Shown here piece by piece: positions 42,230 through 52,729 of a stretch of 64,000 nucleotides of DNA. Origin of the DNA: an uncultured Pseudomonadota bacterium (GTDB lineage: Bacteria > Pseudomonadota > Alphaproteobacteria > RF32 > CAG-239); the NCBI GenBank assembly GCA_949295395.1, contig CASFLB010000002.1:423-64422 (forward strand). Reading direction: 5' to 3'. The notes under the pieces were generated by a model. The model was not told the DNA's origin. It was given only the letters and a program-made list of their open reading frames with translations, and did no database searches. A program made the position numbers and the translations under genes. Position 1 is the first letter of the stretch. Every line of letters starts with the position of its first letter.

Positions 42230-42802
42230 TTATGCATTTAAAAACTGCTCATAACGTTTTAATTCCCGATAAACAGCCTTGGCCATATCGCCTTTAAGCA
42301 ACACGGAATGAACTGTATTAACCTTATCCAGCGCCTTATCCAACTCCTCAACATAAAACAAAGCCAAAACCTCAAGCCCATCGGCCACAGTCAAAATCTT
42401 CTGATGACCATCTTCACCGGCATCAAGAGCTTCCATCAAAAAAGCCGCCTTATTTTTAGCAACCGCTTCTTTCACTTTTTCAAATCCGGACACAAATTGA
42501 CCGGCTTTACGAGCCAAATTGAGCATATCAAAACATTTTTTCTTAAGCAGCGTTTCAACCATAGGAACAAGAGCCTCGTCGACATGAGCCTTACCCTTTG
42601 TTACCTTAGCAAAAAGGTGCTTATTGACCGCAAGTTCGAGTAGCTTTTTAGAATTAGAAACATAAATGCCTTTCCCCTCCAATTTTTTATTAAAATCGGG
42701 AACAACAGCATTGCCGTTAACCAAGACGAAACGAAGCAACTCGGCTTTAGGCTTAATATCGCCGCTGGCAATGCATTTTCGACAAATATCTTTTTCCATC
42801 AT
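42230..42802 (-). CDS. YlxR (DUF448)/L7Ae-like fusion protein of the nusA-infB operon
   Basis: 190 aa between nusA and infB. N-terminal RKCIASGDIKPKAELLRFV (YlxR-like) and C-terminal L7Ae-like region (KKCFDMLNLARKAGQFVSGFEKV). Typical alphaproteobacterial arrangement. Confidence 0.75.
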   Translation of the reverse strand: MMEKDICRKCIASGDIKPKAELLRFVLVNGNAVVPDFNKKLEGKGIYVSNSKKLLELAVNKHLFAKVTKGKAHVDEALVPMVETLLKKKCFDMLNLARKAGQFVSGFEKVKEAVAKNKAAFLMEALDAGEDGHQKILTVADGLEVLALFYVEELDKALDKVNTVHSVLLKGDMAKAVYRELKRYEQFLNA

Positions 42803-42842
42803 AGTGCTCTACCAATCAAGCTGTCAAAAGGAGGAAAAGCTC

Positions 42843-44390
42843 TTAAAGCTTTTCCTCATCAGAAGCGTTATCCTCATCAACAAACCAATGTTCACGAGCT
42901 TCCATAATGATTTTGTTGGCCTCGGTTTGTGAAATAACATTTTCCCCAAGCATTTCAATCAGTTCATCAGCGGCCAAATCACCGAGATCATCAAGGGTCT
43001 TAACGCCTTTTTCAGCAAGGGTCAAAATCATATCTTGATCCAAACCGCTAATACCCATAAGCTGATCATCAATACCAAGAGATTTTTTCTTGTTTGCAAA
43101 TTCGGCATCACGCTTAGCAACAAACTCTTTTGCACGATTCTGAAGCTCTTTAGCCACATCATCATCAAAGCCCTCAATTTCAGAAAGCTCAGACAAATCA
43201 ACCAAAGCGATTTCATCAACCGTAGAGAAACCTTCAGCGATTAACAGATGAGCGATCATTTCATCAACATCCAAAGCTTCCATAAAGCGTTGGCGAACTT
43301 TATTTTCATTAGAACGACGTTCTTGCTCTTGTTCTTCGGTCAAGACATCAATATCACAACCCAAAAGCTGAGAAGCGAGCTTAACATTCTGACCACGACG
43401 TCCAATAGCAATAGAGAATTGATCTTGAGCAACAACAGCCTCTATGCGGTTATTTTCTTCATCAAGAACAACTTTTGTAACTTCAGCCGGAGCCAGTGCG
43501 CTAACAATATACTGAGCCTTGTCTTCAGAATAAGGAACAACATCAATTTTTTCGCCCTGAAGTTCATTAACGACAGCCTGAACTCTGATACCGCGCAATC
43601 CGACACAAGCGCCAACGGCATCAACCGTAACATCTTCGGCTTTAACGGCGATTTTAGCTTTAGATCCAGGGTCACGGGCAACACCCATAATTTTAACAAT
43701 TCCATCATAAATTTCAGGAACTTCTTGGGTAAAGAGCTTAGCCATAAATTCAGGGCAAGTACGAGATAAAAAGATTTGCGGACCTTTATTTTCGCGACGA
43801 ACATCTAAAACATACGCACGAATACGGTCACCGTTTTTAAACTTTTCTCTCGGAATAATTTCATCACGACGCAAAATAGCCTCAGTTTTACCAATATCGA
43901 GAACCACATTACCAAACTCAATACGTTTGACTGTACCATTAACAATCGTACCAATTTTTTCTTTATATTCTTCAAACTGTTTGTTGCGTTCAGCTTCACG
44001 AACTTTTTGCACAATAACCTGCTTGGCCGTTTGAGCGGCAATTCGACCAAAATCAATCGGAGGAAGAGCATCGACCAAAAAATCACCGACTTTAGCATCC
44101 GTCTTATAATTTTTAGCCAACTTCAAAGGCAGCTGAGCCGCTTCATTTTCAATAATGGCATCATCAGGCACAACTTCGCGATAACGAGACAAAGCAATAG
44201 CACCGGTCTTACGGTCAATTTTGGCGCGAATATCATGCTCTGCACCATATTTTGAGCGGGCACCTTTCTGAATGGCAACTTCCATTGCCACAAAAACATC
44301 TTCGCGGTCAATATTTTTTTCACGAGCCACAGTATCGGCAACTAAGATAATTTCCGGTCTCGGCATGCTTTCCATATTTTCCATTATCAA
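42843..44390 (-). CDS. nusA: transcription termination/antitermination factor NusA
   Basis: 515 aa. S1 and KH regions (SAIGRRGQNVKLASQL) and C-terminal acidic repeats. Confidence 0.95.
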   Translation of the reverse strand: MIMENMESMPRPEIILVADTVAREKNIDREDVFVAMEVAIQKGARSKYGAEHDIRAKIDRKTGAIALSRYREVVPDDAIIENEAAQLPLKLAKNYKTDAKVGDFLVDALPPIDFGRIAAQTAKQVIVQKVREAERNKQFEEYKEKIGTIVNGTVKRIEFGNVVLDIGKTEAILRRDEIIPREKFKNGDRIRAYVLDVRRENKGPQIFLSRTCPEFMAKLFTQEVPEIYDGIVKIMGVARDPGSKAKIAVKAEDVTVDAVGACVGLRGIRVQAVVNELQGEKIDVVPYSEDKAQYIVSALAPAEVTKVVLDEENNRIEAVVAQDQFSIAIGRRGQNVKLASQLLGCDIDVLTEEQEQERRSNENKVRQRFMEALDVDEMIAHLLIAEGFSTVDEIALVDLSELSEIEGFDDDVAKELQNRAKEFVAKRDAEFANKKKSLGIDDQLMGISGLDQDMILTLAEKGVKTLDDLGDLAADELIEMLGENVISQTEANKIIMEAREHWFVDEDNASDEEKL

Positions 44391-44410
44391 ATCCTCATTA
44401 TATATAAAAG

Positions 44411-44914
44411 TTATTGTAAATCAGAATTTTCTTGAGCGTCGGCAAACTCTTGCAACAACGCGTCAGTAATTAAAATTTTAGCCTTTGACACATCGGCAAA
44501 GGGAATAGCATAAACATTATCATCCATTTCAAAAGAGATAGTGTTTTTATCATCAATAGATATAATTTTGCCCTTAAAACGTTTTCTTTTCTCAATTTCA
44601 CAAGAGGTTTCAACTTTAGCCTCATAACCGGCAAAACGCTTAAAATGCTCAGGCTTAGTCAAAGGACGGTCGATTCCCGGAGAGCTGACTTCTAAAGAAT
44701 ACTGACTTTCGATAGGATCTTTATCATCAAGCACATCAGACAAAGCGCGACTGACTTTAGCACAATCATCAACCGTAATATTTTTCCCGTCTTTGCGATC
44801 AATCATAACCTGCAAAGTCGGATTCTTAGCCCCGACCGTCAAAACACGAATAAGCTCATAGCCTTCTTTTTCAACAACGGGTTCAATCAAAGAATAAAGC
44901 GGATGTTCAAGCAT
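44411..44914 (-). CDS. rimP: ribosome maturation factor RimP
   Basis: 167 aa immediately upstream of nusA. YSLEVSSPGIDRPL motif. Confidence 0.85.
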   Translation of the reverse strand: MLEHPLYSLIEPVVEKEGYELIRVLTVGAKNPTLQVMIDRKDGKNITVDDCAKVSRALSDVLDDKDPIESQYSLEVSSPGIDRPLTKPEHFKRFAGYEAKVETSCEIEKRKRFKGKIISIDDKNTISFEMDDNVYAIPFADVSKAKILITDALLQEFADAQENSDLQ

Positions 44915-44943
44915 AAGGCCGATTCCTTTTAAGTTAAATTAAC

Positions 44944-44970
44944 AAAAAAGCGGGGTTTTTTGACCCCACT
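44944..44970 (-). terminator. rho-independent terminator of the minus-strand 166-aa gene
   Basis: Minus-strand reading GTGGGG-TCAAAAAA-CCCCGC followed by TTTTTTG. Confidence 0.4.
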
Positions 44971-45068
44971 TTCAAACTAATATTCCCAAATATGTCAACT
45001 TTATACCATAAATTTTTAAAAAATCAAGCACAAAATAAAAAAGGCCCTGCAAAAGCAGAGCCCTAAAA

Positions 45069-45569
45069 TCATGGCAAAGAAATAACCGGCCGCACCTTAA
45101 ACAGGGGATTATCATCAAGAGCACAGCTTCTCACCTGCCATTTTCCACTAACACCAAAGCCATAAAGCTTATCCTTTTGTTCATACCAGTAAGGAGCATC
45201 AAAAACAATAGGCTTAAAACCGACAAGTTCCGCCGTTTTATTAAAATCATCCAACTGATCTGAAAAACAAATCAATGACTTCCAAAAAACCTTTTTTCCA
45301 AGAGAAATTCGATAAGTTTTAAATTTTTGTTTTTGGCAGTATCTCCGCGCCGACGATAAAAGCATTTTTTGCGGAGCTTCATCTAAAACGGCAAACTTTC
45401 CAAAAACAATAGCCAAAGGCTCAACACCTTCCAAAGGAACTAGTGATCGTTTTCCGTTTTGATAAAGAACCGGCAAAGGAAATTGAATATTATCCATAAA
45501 AATAAGTTTTAGAATTATAAATAAAAAAATACGAATGACTAAGCCGAGATATAAGGCACAATTAGACAA
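45069..45569 (-). CDS. hypothetical protein (about 142-166 aa)
   Basis: ORF-track ORF. Probable start at MDNIQFPLPVLYQNGKRSL. No recognisable family. Confidence 0.45.
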   Translation of the reverse strand: MSNCALYLGLVIRIFLFIILKLIFMDNIQFPLPVLYQNGKRSLVPLEGVEPLAIVFGKFAVLDEAPQKMLLSSARRYCQKQKFKTYRISLGKKVFWKSLICFSDQLDDFNKTAELVGFKPIVFDAPYWYEQKDKLYGFGVSGKWQVRSCALDDNPLFKVRPVISLP

Positions 45570-45585
45570 AAGTCAACAAAAAAGA

Positions 45586-46695
45586 TTATCCATCTTCCAA
45601 TCGCAATAAAACGGAAACACTAATTAAAGCCGTGATCAAAATAGGCGTCCACACAGCCATAAATGGCGGCAAATAAGAATTAAGGCCAAAAGCATAAATC
45701 ACTTGCGAGGCAAAATAGACCACAAAACCGGACACAATTCCCCCAACGATAAGAAACAAAACACCGCCTTTACGCATATTGGGACGCAAAGCAAAAACCG
45801 CTGCCACTAAGACCATAGCACAAAGCAAAAACGGCGAAGCCAGCAACGACAAATAACGCATTTTATGCTTAACGGCCGAGAAGCCCGACTTTTCATAAAA
45901 CCGAATGGTATCCGGCAAATCCCAAAACGAAATCGCTTCCGGATCAATAAAATTTTCTTTAATACGATCAAGATTAATAGAGGTTTTATAAGCCACTTTA
46001 TTTAAGTCGATACGAGGTTTTCCGGTTTCAAACACTTTAACGTCTTTAAGCTCAAACTGCTGTCCTTTAAGAACAGCCATAAAAGAATTAAGTTGACGCA
46101 AAATTTGTGAATTACGATCAAGTTCTAAAATATCCACATCATAGAGATAAAGAGTATCTTCATCTTGCTGATGAACAGACTTTGCCTCCATCACCAAAAC
46201 CTTATTATCATCAACCGCCTCACGAATCCAAAGCCCTTTATTTGAAAAAAGTACTGCTTTTGGATTTTTGGTTTTCAAGCGATAATCAAGGGTTTCATAA
46301 ATTTCATTCATATATGATGCAATCGGGTTAAGCAGCGTAATATTAATCACGCCCACCATAAACACGGCAAACAAGACCGGCGCTAAAAATCCCCAAACCG
46401 ACACACCGGCCGCTCGAACGATAACAAACTCGCTATTTTTACTCAAACGCCAAAAAGTCGCCATCGCCGCAATCATCATCACAAAAGGAAAAACGAGTTC
46501 GAGCGTTTTAGGCAGCTTCATAATCACGAGTTGGAGAACAAAACCGGCAGACACATCAGAACGATCAGCCACACGACGCAGCATATCAATCATTTCAAAC
46601 ATAAATACAATACCAACAACCATAAGCAAGACACACAGAAAATTCCATATAATCTGCTTCATCAAATAATGGCCGAGAATTGTATTTGGTTTCAT
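45586..46695 (-). CDS. LptF/LptG family LPS export permease (YjgP/YjgQ)
   Basis: 369 aa, 6 TM helices with a periplasmic beta-jellyroll segment. N-terminal LGHYLMKQIIWNF typical of the family. Confidence 0.8.
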   Translation of the reverse strand: MKPNTILGHYLMKQIIWNFLCVLLMVVGIVFMFEMIDMLRRVADRSDVSAGFVLQLVIMKLPKTLELVFPFVMMIAAMATFWRLSKNSEFVIVRAAGVSVWGFLAPVLFAVFMVGVINITLLNPIASYMNEIYETLDYRLKTKNPKAVLFSNKGLWIREAVDDNKVLVMEAKSVHQQDEDTLYLYDVDILELDRNSQILRQLNSFMAVLKGQQFELKDVKVFETGKPRIDLNKVAYKTSINLDRIKENFIDPEAISFWDLPDTIRFYEKSGFSAVKHKMRYLSLLASPFLLCAMVLVAAVFALRPNMRKGGVLFLIVGGIVSGFVVYFASQVIYAFGLNSYLPPFMAVWTPILITALISVSVLLRLEDG

Positions 46696-46774
46696 AAAAT
46701 ACGCCTTACAAAATCATCATTAATTGTTGCTAAGATAAACAAAAAGAAAAATCTTCGCAATCAAAAAATAACAT

Positions 46775-47701
46775 CTAGAGCAAATTCATTGACAAATAGC
46801 GTTCAAAAGCATCGGGCAAAAGAACAACAATATTTTTATGCTTAAAAGCAGGCCGTTCCGCCAATTTAACCGCCGCACACAACGCCGCACCGGCCGAAAT
46901 CCCGATAGAAAGCCCCTCAAGCCGTGCCGTTTGTTTCAACATATCAATCGCCTCATCATCAGCCACATCAAACACCTCATCAACCAATTCCGAGTTATAA
47001 AACTTTGGCACAAAGCCGGCGCCGATTCCCAAAATCTTATGAGGACCGGCTTTACCTCCATTCAAAACAGGACTGGACAAAGGTTCAACAGCTGCAACAT
47101 ATAAATCAGGATTACAACTTTTTAATGCCGAGGCAATACCGGCTATTGTTCCGGCCGTTCCGACAGCGCTAACAAGAGCATCAACATTTCCGCCGGTTTG
47201 TTCCATAATTTCCATGCTTGTTCCAAAACGATGAGCGTTAGGATTAGCCTCATTTTCAAATTGCTTTAACCAAATAACATCAGAACTTTTCTCAGCAAGG
47301 ATAGCCGCTTTATTAAGAGCGCCGGTCATACCGTCTTCTTTAGGCGTTAAAATCACCTCAGCCCCAAACAGTTTCATCAGTCCAATACGTTCCGCAGACA
47401 TATTTTCAGGCATTGTAATAACAAGCTTATAGCCTTTCGCCGCACACAACGCCGCCAAACCAATACCCATATTTCCCGATGTTGCTTCCACAAAAACCGT
47501 ATTTTCTGTGACACGACCGGATTTTTCGGCTTCTTCAATCATTTTAAGAGCCGCTCGGTCTTTTATTGAAAAAGCCGGATTATAAGCCTCACACTTTGCT
47601 AAAATATTGGCTTTTAGATTAAAATGTTTCATCAATCGGTTCATTTTCAACATGGGCGTATTTCCGACCATTTCCGCCACGGAATTATAAATTTTACGCA
47701 T
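46775..47701 (-). CDS. cysK: cysteine synthase A (O-acetylserine sulfhydrylase)
   Basis: PLP-lysine motif SIKDRAA and GTGGT/GIGAGF glycine loops. Start MRKIYNSVAEMVGNTPM has an AGAGGA SD 5 nt upstream; the ORF track starts 10 codons earlier, inside the RBS. Confidence 0.9.
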   Translation of the reverse strand: MRKIYNSVAEMVGNTPMLKMNRLMKHFNLKANILAKCEAYNPAFSIKDRAALKMIEEAEKSGRVTENTVFVEATSGNMGIGLAALCAAKGYKLVITMPENMSAERIGLMKLFGAEVILTPKEDGMTGALNKAAILAEKSSDVIWLKQFENEANPNAHRFGTSMEIMEQTGGNVDALVSAVGTAGTIAGIASALKSCNPDLYVAAVEPLSSPVLNGGKAGPHKILGIGAGFVPKFYNSELVDEVFDVADDEAIDMLKQTARLEGLSIGISAGAALCAAVKLAERPAFKHKNIVVLLPDAFERYLSMNLL

Positions 47702-47796
47702 AATATCCTCTAATTTGTTCATAAAGCACAAAATAAACTTCTTTTATCAGCACTTTTTGTTATGATAAGGCATTATAACGCAATAAAACTAAATAA

Positions 47797-48378
47797 ATGA
47801 TAAAATTCAAATCAAAAATAGCCTTAACGCTGACCGCATTAGGTCTTATCTTTCCATCAAGCTCTCACGCCATGAGCCTTGATGAAATTTATCGTGACGT
47901 GATTCGGTCAAACAACAGTGGTTATTTGCCGATATATGTTAAGAACCGAAACGCGCCCCAGTTTTTACTTGATGAAGAAAAACTTAAAGACGCTCAAGAA
48001 GTCCCGCCGGTCATCAACGAACTGCAAAAAAACATGATTATTGACTTTGAAGATTATCGCCTACAACGGGAACAAGAAGAAAAAGCCAAAACGCAACGCT
48101 GGCTCAAAGCGATTGAAGCGGTAAAAAAGAATAACGTCACACCGCTCGACTTAAAAGAAATTGAATCCAAAGAAGAACTCGATGATCCGACAGCCACCGA
48201 AATCTTAGCTTTTATGTATGCTCGGGGCATCGGCGTAAAAATGGACTTGATAAAAGCTTTCAAACTTTATCGCAAAGCTGAAAGATTAAACATTCCAAAC
48301 GCCAAAGAAAATGCCATAAAAGTCTATAAAGTCATGACGCCGGACCAACGGGCAAAACTAAACACCGCAAAAAAATAA
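47797..48378 (+). CDS. exported Sel1-like repeat protein
   Basis: Signal peptide MIKFKSKIALTLTALGLIFPSSSHA. Sel1 repeat ATEILAFMYARGIGVKMDLIKAFKLYRKAAE. Confidence 0.7.
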   Translation: MIKFKSKIALTLTALGLIFPSSSHAMSLDEIYRDVIRSNNSGYLPIYVKNRNAPQFLLDEEKLKDAQEVPPVINELQKNMIIDFEDYRLQREQEEKAKTQRWLKAIEAVKKNNVTPLDLKEIESKEELDDPTATEILAFMYARGIGVKMDLIKAFKLYRKAERLNIPNAKENAIKVYKVMTPDQRAKLNTAKK

Positions 48379-48383
48379 TAACA

Positions 48384-48878
48384 TCAGTCGGACAAAGCTT
48401 GCAAAGCAAGTTCATGGACAAAGTTAAGCTTTACCCTGCGGTTCAAAATATCGTCAAGCTCCACCCACTCAGCCTCACCGTTTTCAGGTGTTTTCCATTT
48501 TTTACGAAAAACATCAAACGAAAGATTATCCGCATCATAAAGCGTAAACTTTTGCTGATAGAGATAAAACATTCCGCCACACGGCTCATCATCGGCAAAA
48601 TAGCGCACCGTCTGTTCAAAAGATTTTTCAGGCTTTTCAAGCATAAACTCAACACCGGTTTCTTCATAAAGCTTTCGAAACAAACAATCACGAACACTTT
48701 CTTTTCGTCGCCGACTTCCACCGGGAAATTCCGCCACATCAGAATGAGGCGGATAAGTCAGTAAAAGGCGGCCATCTTTAACCAACAAAGCAAAAAAACC
48801 TTCTTTTACAGAGGGAATAGCCGCCTCGCAATAGTGTTCACGCCCGTAACGATCAAAAAAAATCAAAGAATCATCCAT
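48384..48878 (-). CDS. Nudix hydrolase
   Basis: Nudix box GGSRRRKESVRDCLFRKLYEETGVEF. Start chosen at MDDSLIFF (the ORF track extends to 48908, overlapping gmk). Confidence 0.7.
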   Translation of the reverse strand: MDDSLIFFDRYGREHYCEAAIPSVKEGFFALLVKDGRLLLTYPPHSDVAEFPGGSRRRKESVRDCLFRKLYEETGVEFMLEKPEKSFEQTVRYFADDEPCGGMFYLYQQKFTLYDADNLSFDVFRKKWKTPENGEAEWVELDDILNRRVKLNFVHELALQALSD

Positions 48879-49533
48879 TTTTAGCTTCTCGGCGCAAGGC
48901 CTCAACAAACTCTTTCAAACCAGTCTGACGCACACGTTTCATCCGCTCACCGGAGATAATTTTCTGAACTTTCAAAACAGTTTCGTTCAAATTAACATTC
49001 ACAATAACATAGTCAAACTCGTCCCAATGGCTGACTTTATCATCAAACTGCGCCATTCTTTTGGCAATAACTTCGGCAGAATCTGTTCCGCGCCCCACCA
49101 AACGACGACGTAATTCTTCAACCGACGGCGGCAAAATATAAATCGTAACCACATCATCAGGAGCTTTTTTCTTCATCTGACGAGCGCCAACCCAATCCAT
49201 GTCAAATAACACATCTTCACCGACATTAATAAAGCTGTCCACTTCGCGGCGAAGCGTTCCATAACGATGCCCATATTGAGAATCAACATGCTCATAAAAA
49301 GCATCTTCGGCAATCAGCTTGTCATATTCCTCATCACTTAAAAAGTAGTAATCAACACCATCAACCTCGCCTTCACGTTTGGCGCGCGTTGTTGCGGAAA
49401 CAGAGAATTTAATATGCGGATCTTGAGCCAAAACTTCTTTGCAAACAGCACCTTTACCGGCACCGGAAGGTCCTTCGATAATAAACATCGCGCCGCGGCG
49501 AACTTTTTTAAGATAATCAATAACGTCAGCCAT
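48871..49533 (-). CDS. gmk: guanylate kinase
   Basis: P-loop GPSGAGKGAV. 220 aa. Confidence 0.9.
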   Translation of the reverse strand: MADVIDYLKKVRRGAMFIIEGPSGAGKGAVCKEVLAQDPHIKFSVSATTRAKREGEVDGVDYYFLSDEEYDKLIAEDAFYEHVDSQYGHRYGTLRREVDSFINVGEDVLFDMDWVGARQMKKKAPDDVVTIYILPPSVEELRRRLVGRGTDSAEVIAKRMAQFDDKVSHWDEFDYVIVNVNLNETVLKVQKIISGERMKRVRQTGLKEFVEALRREAKNG

Positions 49534-49538
49534 AGTTT

Positions 49539-50444
49539 CTACTCCATATTTTGCACTTGTTCGCGCAGTTGCTCAATCAAAGCCTTAAGTTCCATTCCCA
49601 AATTTGTCAACGTAATATCCATTGACTTTGAGCAAGTTGTATTGGCTTCACGATTAAGCTCCTGACAAAGAAAATCAAGCCGTCTTCCGGCCGGTTGAGA
49701 AGCCTTCAAAAGCTCTGAAAATGTTTTCATATGAGCCTTAAGACGATCAATTTCTTCTCTAATATCGGCACGCGTAACATAAAGAACAATTTCCTGAGCC
49801 AAACGCTCTTCCGAAATCGGCGGCAAATCACCGCTAAGCTCGGCCACACGGCTTTGTAAACCTTCTTTAATTTTTTGAGGAAGCTTATCAAACAAAACCT
49901 CTATTTGAGCAACAACTTTATTAATCTTTGCACCAATATCAAGCAGCGCACCTTTAATTTTATCACCTTCGGCAAGACGAGCTTCTTGCAATTTTTCACA
50001 AGCGTTCATAAAACTATCTTTAAGAGCCTTTTTCAACGCCTCAAGTTGCGTCTCATCAAGACGTTTATCAACAAACTCAACCACTTGAGGCAAAGCCAAA
50101 AGTTCCCCCAAAGACGGCGCCCGAAATTTATCACCATACCGAGAAGAAACATCAACAGCCGCCTCGGCCAGTTGATGAAGCAAATCAACATTAACTTGCG
50201 GCTGTTTATCCAAAAGCTGAGAATTCAGCTCTAAAAAAACACTGACACTTCCGCGAGAAAAATAACCAGCCGCAATTTCTTTAAGTTCCAAAGACAAACT
50301 ATCCAAAAAAGACGGCAGTTTAAATTTGATATCTAAATTTTTGCCGTTAACACTTTTTATTTCAAAAGCCCAATCATATTTAAGATTTGCAAGATCGGCC
50401 TTTCCTTCAACACGGGCAAACCCCGTCATACTAGCAATGTGCAA
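49539..50444 (-). CDS. yicC: YicC family stress-induced protein
   Basis: 301 aa. N-terminal MTGFARVEG and C-terminal DIREEIDRLKAHM typical of YicC. Directly upstream of gmk. Confidence 0.8.
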   Translation of the reverse strand: MHIASMTGFARVEGKADLANLKYDWAFEIKSVNGKNLDIKFKLPSFLDSLSLELKEIAAGYFSRGSVSVFLELNSQLLDKQPQVNVDLLHQLAEAAVDVSSRYGDKFRAPSLGELLALPQVVEFVDKRLDETQLEALKKALKDSFMNACEKLQEARLAEGDKIKGALLDIGAKINKVVAQIEVLFDKLPQKIKEGLQSRVAELSGDLPPISEERLAQEIVLYVTRADIREEIDRLKAHMKTFSELLKASQPAGRRLDFLCQELNREANTTCSKSMDITLTNLGMELKALIEQLREQVQNME

Positions 50445-50522
50445 AACCGCTCTCCTAAGATTTTATTTTCTAGGATTATAGATTAAACTGAATAAAAAAT
50501 ATTTCAACAAGGAATTTCAAAA

Positions 50523-51302
50523 ATGAATGACACATCAAGACAAGACAATATCCTCATCACCGGCGCCAGCAGCGGCATTGGCGAGGCTTTAGCAATATAT
50601 TACGCCAAAACCAGCGCCAAAAATCTATATATTTGCGGCCGCAATAAAGAAAGATTGGAAGAAGTCGCCCGCAAATGCAAAGAACTCGGAACAAAAGTCG
50701 AAAGCAAAGTTCTTGATGTAACAAACAGAGAAGAAATGCAAAATTGGATTGAAAGCAGCAACCAAAAATCGCCGTTAAATATTGTTATAGCCAATGCCGG
50801 CGTCGGCACGGTCAATGAAACACCGGATTCGATATACAATACTTTTAACATAAATTTGTTTGGCGTCTTAAATACGGTTCTGCCAACTGTTGACATCTAT
50901 CGTCAAAATCCGCTGACTTCGGCTTCTCGCCGCCCAACCATTGTGTTGCTCAGCTCGATTGCCGGTTATCACGGCTTGGCCACCTGCCCGTCATACAGCG
51001 CCAGCAAAGCCGCCGTTAAGGCTTATGGCGAAGCTTTGAGAGTCAAGCTCAAACCCGAAGGCATTAATGTCAATGTCGTCTGCCCCGGATTCGTCCGCTC
51101 ACGCATTACCGACCAAAACACCTGCCCCATGCCGTTTTTCATGGAAGCTCCGGAAGCAGCCAAAGCCATTGCCGAAGGCATCAAACAAAATAAAGCGATT
51201 ATCTCTTTCCCGTTTCCATTGCGTTTTGCCGCATGGTTTGGTTCGATTCTCCCCAACGGCATCAGCGACTTTATCTACCGCAAATTGCCGTACAAGGCTT
51301 AA
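50523..51302 (+). CDS. short-chain dehydrogenase/reductase (SDR)
   Basis: Rossmann motif TGASSGIGEALA and catalytic YSASK. Confidence 0.8.
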   Translation: MNDTSRQDNILITGASSGIGEALAIYYAKTSAKNLYICGRNKERLEEVARKCKELGTKVESKVLDVTNREEMQNWIESSNQKSPLNIVIANAGVGTVNETPDSIYNTFNINLFGVLNTVLPTVDIYRQNPLTSASRRPTIVLLSSIAGYHGLATCPSYSASKAAVKAYGEALRVKLKPEGINVNVVCPGFVRSRITDQNTCPMPFFMEAPEAAKAIAEGIKQNKAIISFPFPLRFAAWFGSILPNGISDFIYRKLPYKA

Positions 51303-52591
51303 GATTTATCAGGATTTTTGACCGCGCGTTTTTGCAAAAGATAAAGCACAAACAACCCCGGAACAACCATCAATGAGGTAATGGAGAAGAACATCGGCCA
51401 ACCGACCAGCTCGACCATTTTTCCGGAAGTCGCCGCCACCGCATCACGCGCCAAACTCATTAACGAAGACAACAAAGCATATTGCGTTGCGGTATAAGCC
51501 ACGCTGCATAAAGACGAAAGATACGCCACAAAAGCGGCCACACTCATACCACCGGAAATATTATCAAGGGTGATACAACCGGCTAACATCCAAATATTAT
51601 GCCCTGCATAAGCCTGCGCCACAAAGACCAGCGTCGTCACCCCTTGCAAAATTCCGCAAATCCACAAAGAGCGAAACAACCCGCACCGACTAACCACAAT
51701 ACCGCCGATAATTCCGCCCAAAATTGTCGCGCCCATACCAAAAAACTTTGACACCGAGGCAATCTCAATCATCGAAAATCCCATGGCTTTGTAAAACACA
51801 TTGGCCATCGGCCCCATATAAGCATCACTCATTTTATAAAGAAACACAAAAAGCAAAATAAGCTTCCAGTCCGACCGTTTCATAAAATCGGCAAAAGGCG
51901 CGATAACGGCCTTTTGCATAAAAGCCACAAAGCGCTCACGCCGCGACCCGATAACCTTAATCTCATGAAATTCGGCGTCTTTACACGGTTCTTTAGCCAG
52001 CAAAATCGTAAAGATTCCAACCAAAGCACCACCGGCCATAATCAAATAAACCTCTTGCCAAGATAAGAACGAGGCCAGCCATAAAGCCACCGCACCGGAA
52101 AACAACATTCCCAAACGATACCCCAAAACAAAGATAGCCGCGGCCGCTCCTTGCTCTTCATCATCAAAAGATTCGATTCGAAAAGCATCAAGCACCACAT
52201 CTTGCGAGGCCGACGCCAGAACCACCACCACCGCAACTGTTGCCAAAAGCAACGGATTTTCGGCCGGATTAATCAACGCCATAAGGGCTAAAGAAAACAG
52301 CAAAACAATCTGCGTCAACAAAGCCCAGCTCCGCCGCCGCCCCATACACCCCAAAACCGGAAGACGCAAGCGATCAATCAACGGCGCCCAAAGCCATTTA
52401 AAACTGTATGGCGTTTTAACTAAAGAAAACACCCCGATAAGCGCATAAGACACTTCGGCCGCATCAAGCCACAAACTAAGCGTTCCGCCCACTAACATAA
52501 GGGGAAGCCCGCTTGAAAAACCAAGCCCGACCATAACCGCCATTCGACGGTCAGCATAAATTTGAAGCGCACGAAGCCATCTGTTTAACAT
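51299..52591 (-). CDS. ampG: MFS transporter, AmpG-like muropeptide permease family
   Basis: 430 aa, about 12 TM helices. N-terminal LRALQIYADRRMAVMVGLGFSSGLPLML resembles AmpG. Confidence 0.7.
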   Translation of the reverse strand: MLNRWLRALQIYADRRMAVMVGLGFSSGLPLMLVGGTLSLWLDAAEVSYALIGVFSLVKTPYSFKWLWAPLIDRLRLPVLGCMGRRRSWALLTQIVLLFSLALMALINPAENPLLLATVAVVVVLASASQDVVLDAFRIESFDDEEQGAAAAIFVLGYRLGMLFSGAVALWLASFLSWQEVYLIMAGGALVGIFTILLAKEPCKDAEFHEIKVIGSRRERFVAFMQKAVIAPFADFMKRSDWKLILLFVFLYKMSDAYMGPMANVFYKAMGFSMIEIASVSKFFGMGATILGGIIGGIVVSRCGLFRSLWICGILQGVTTLVFVAQAYAGHNIWMLAGCITLDNISGGMSVAAFVAYLSSLCSVAYTATQYALLSSLMSLARDAVAATSGKMVELVGWPMFFSITSLMVVPGLFVLYLLQKRAVKNPDKS

Positions 52592-52729
52592 AGCATTTCC
52601 TCTAAAATTGGCTTTCAGCTTAGCCCAACAAGCTTAAAAAAGACTAAAGAAGACAAGACAAGCCTTGCATTTTTCGCCCCGACATCCTAAATAAAAACAA
52701 AAGAACCGAAAAATAACGAAAGGAAAAGC

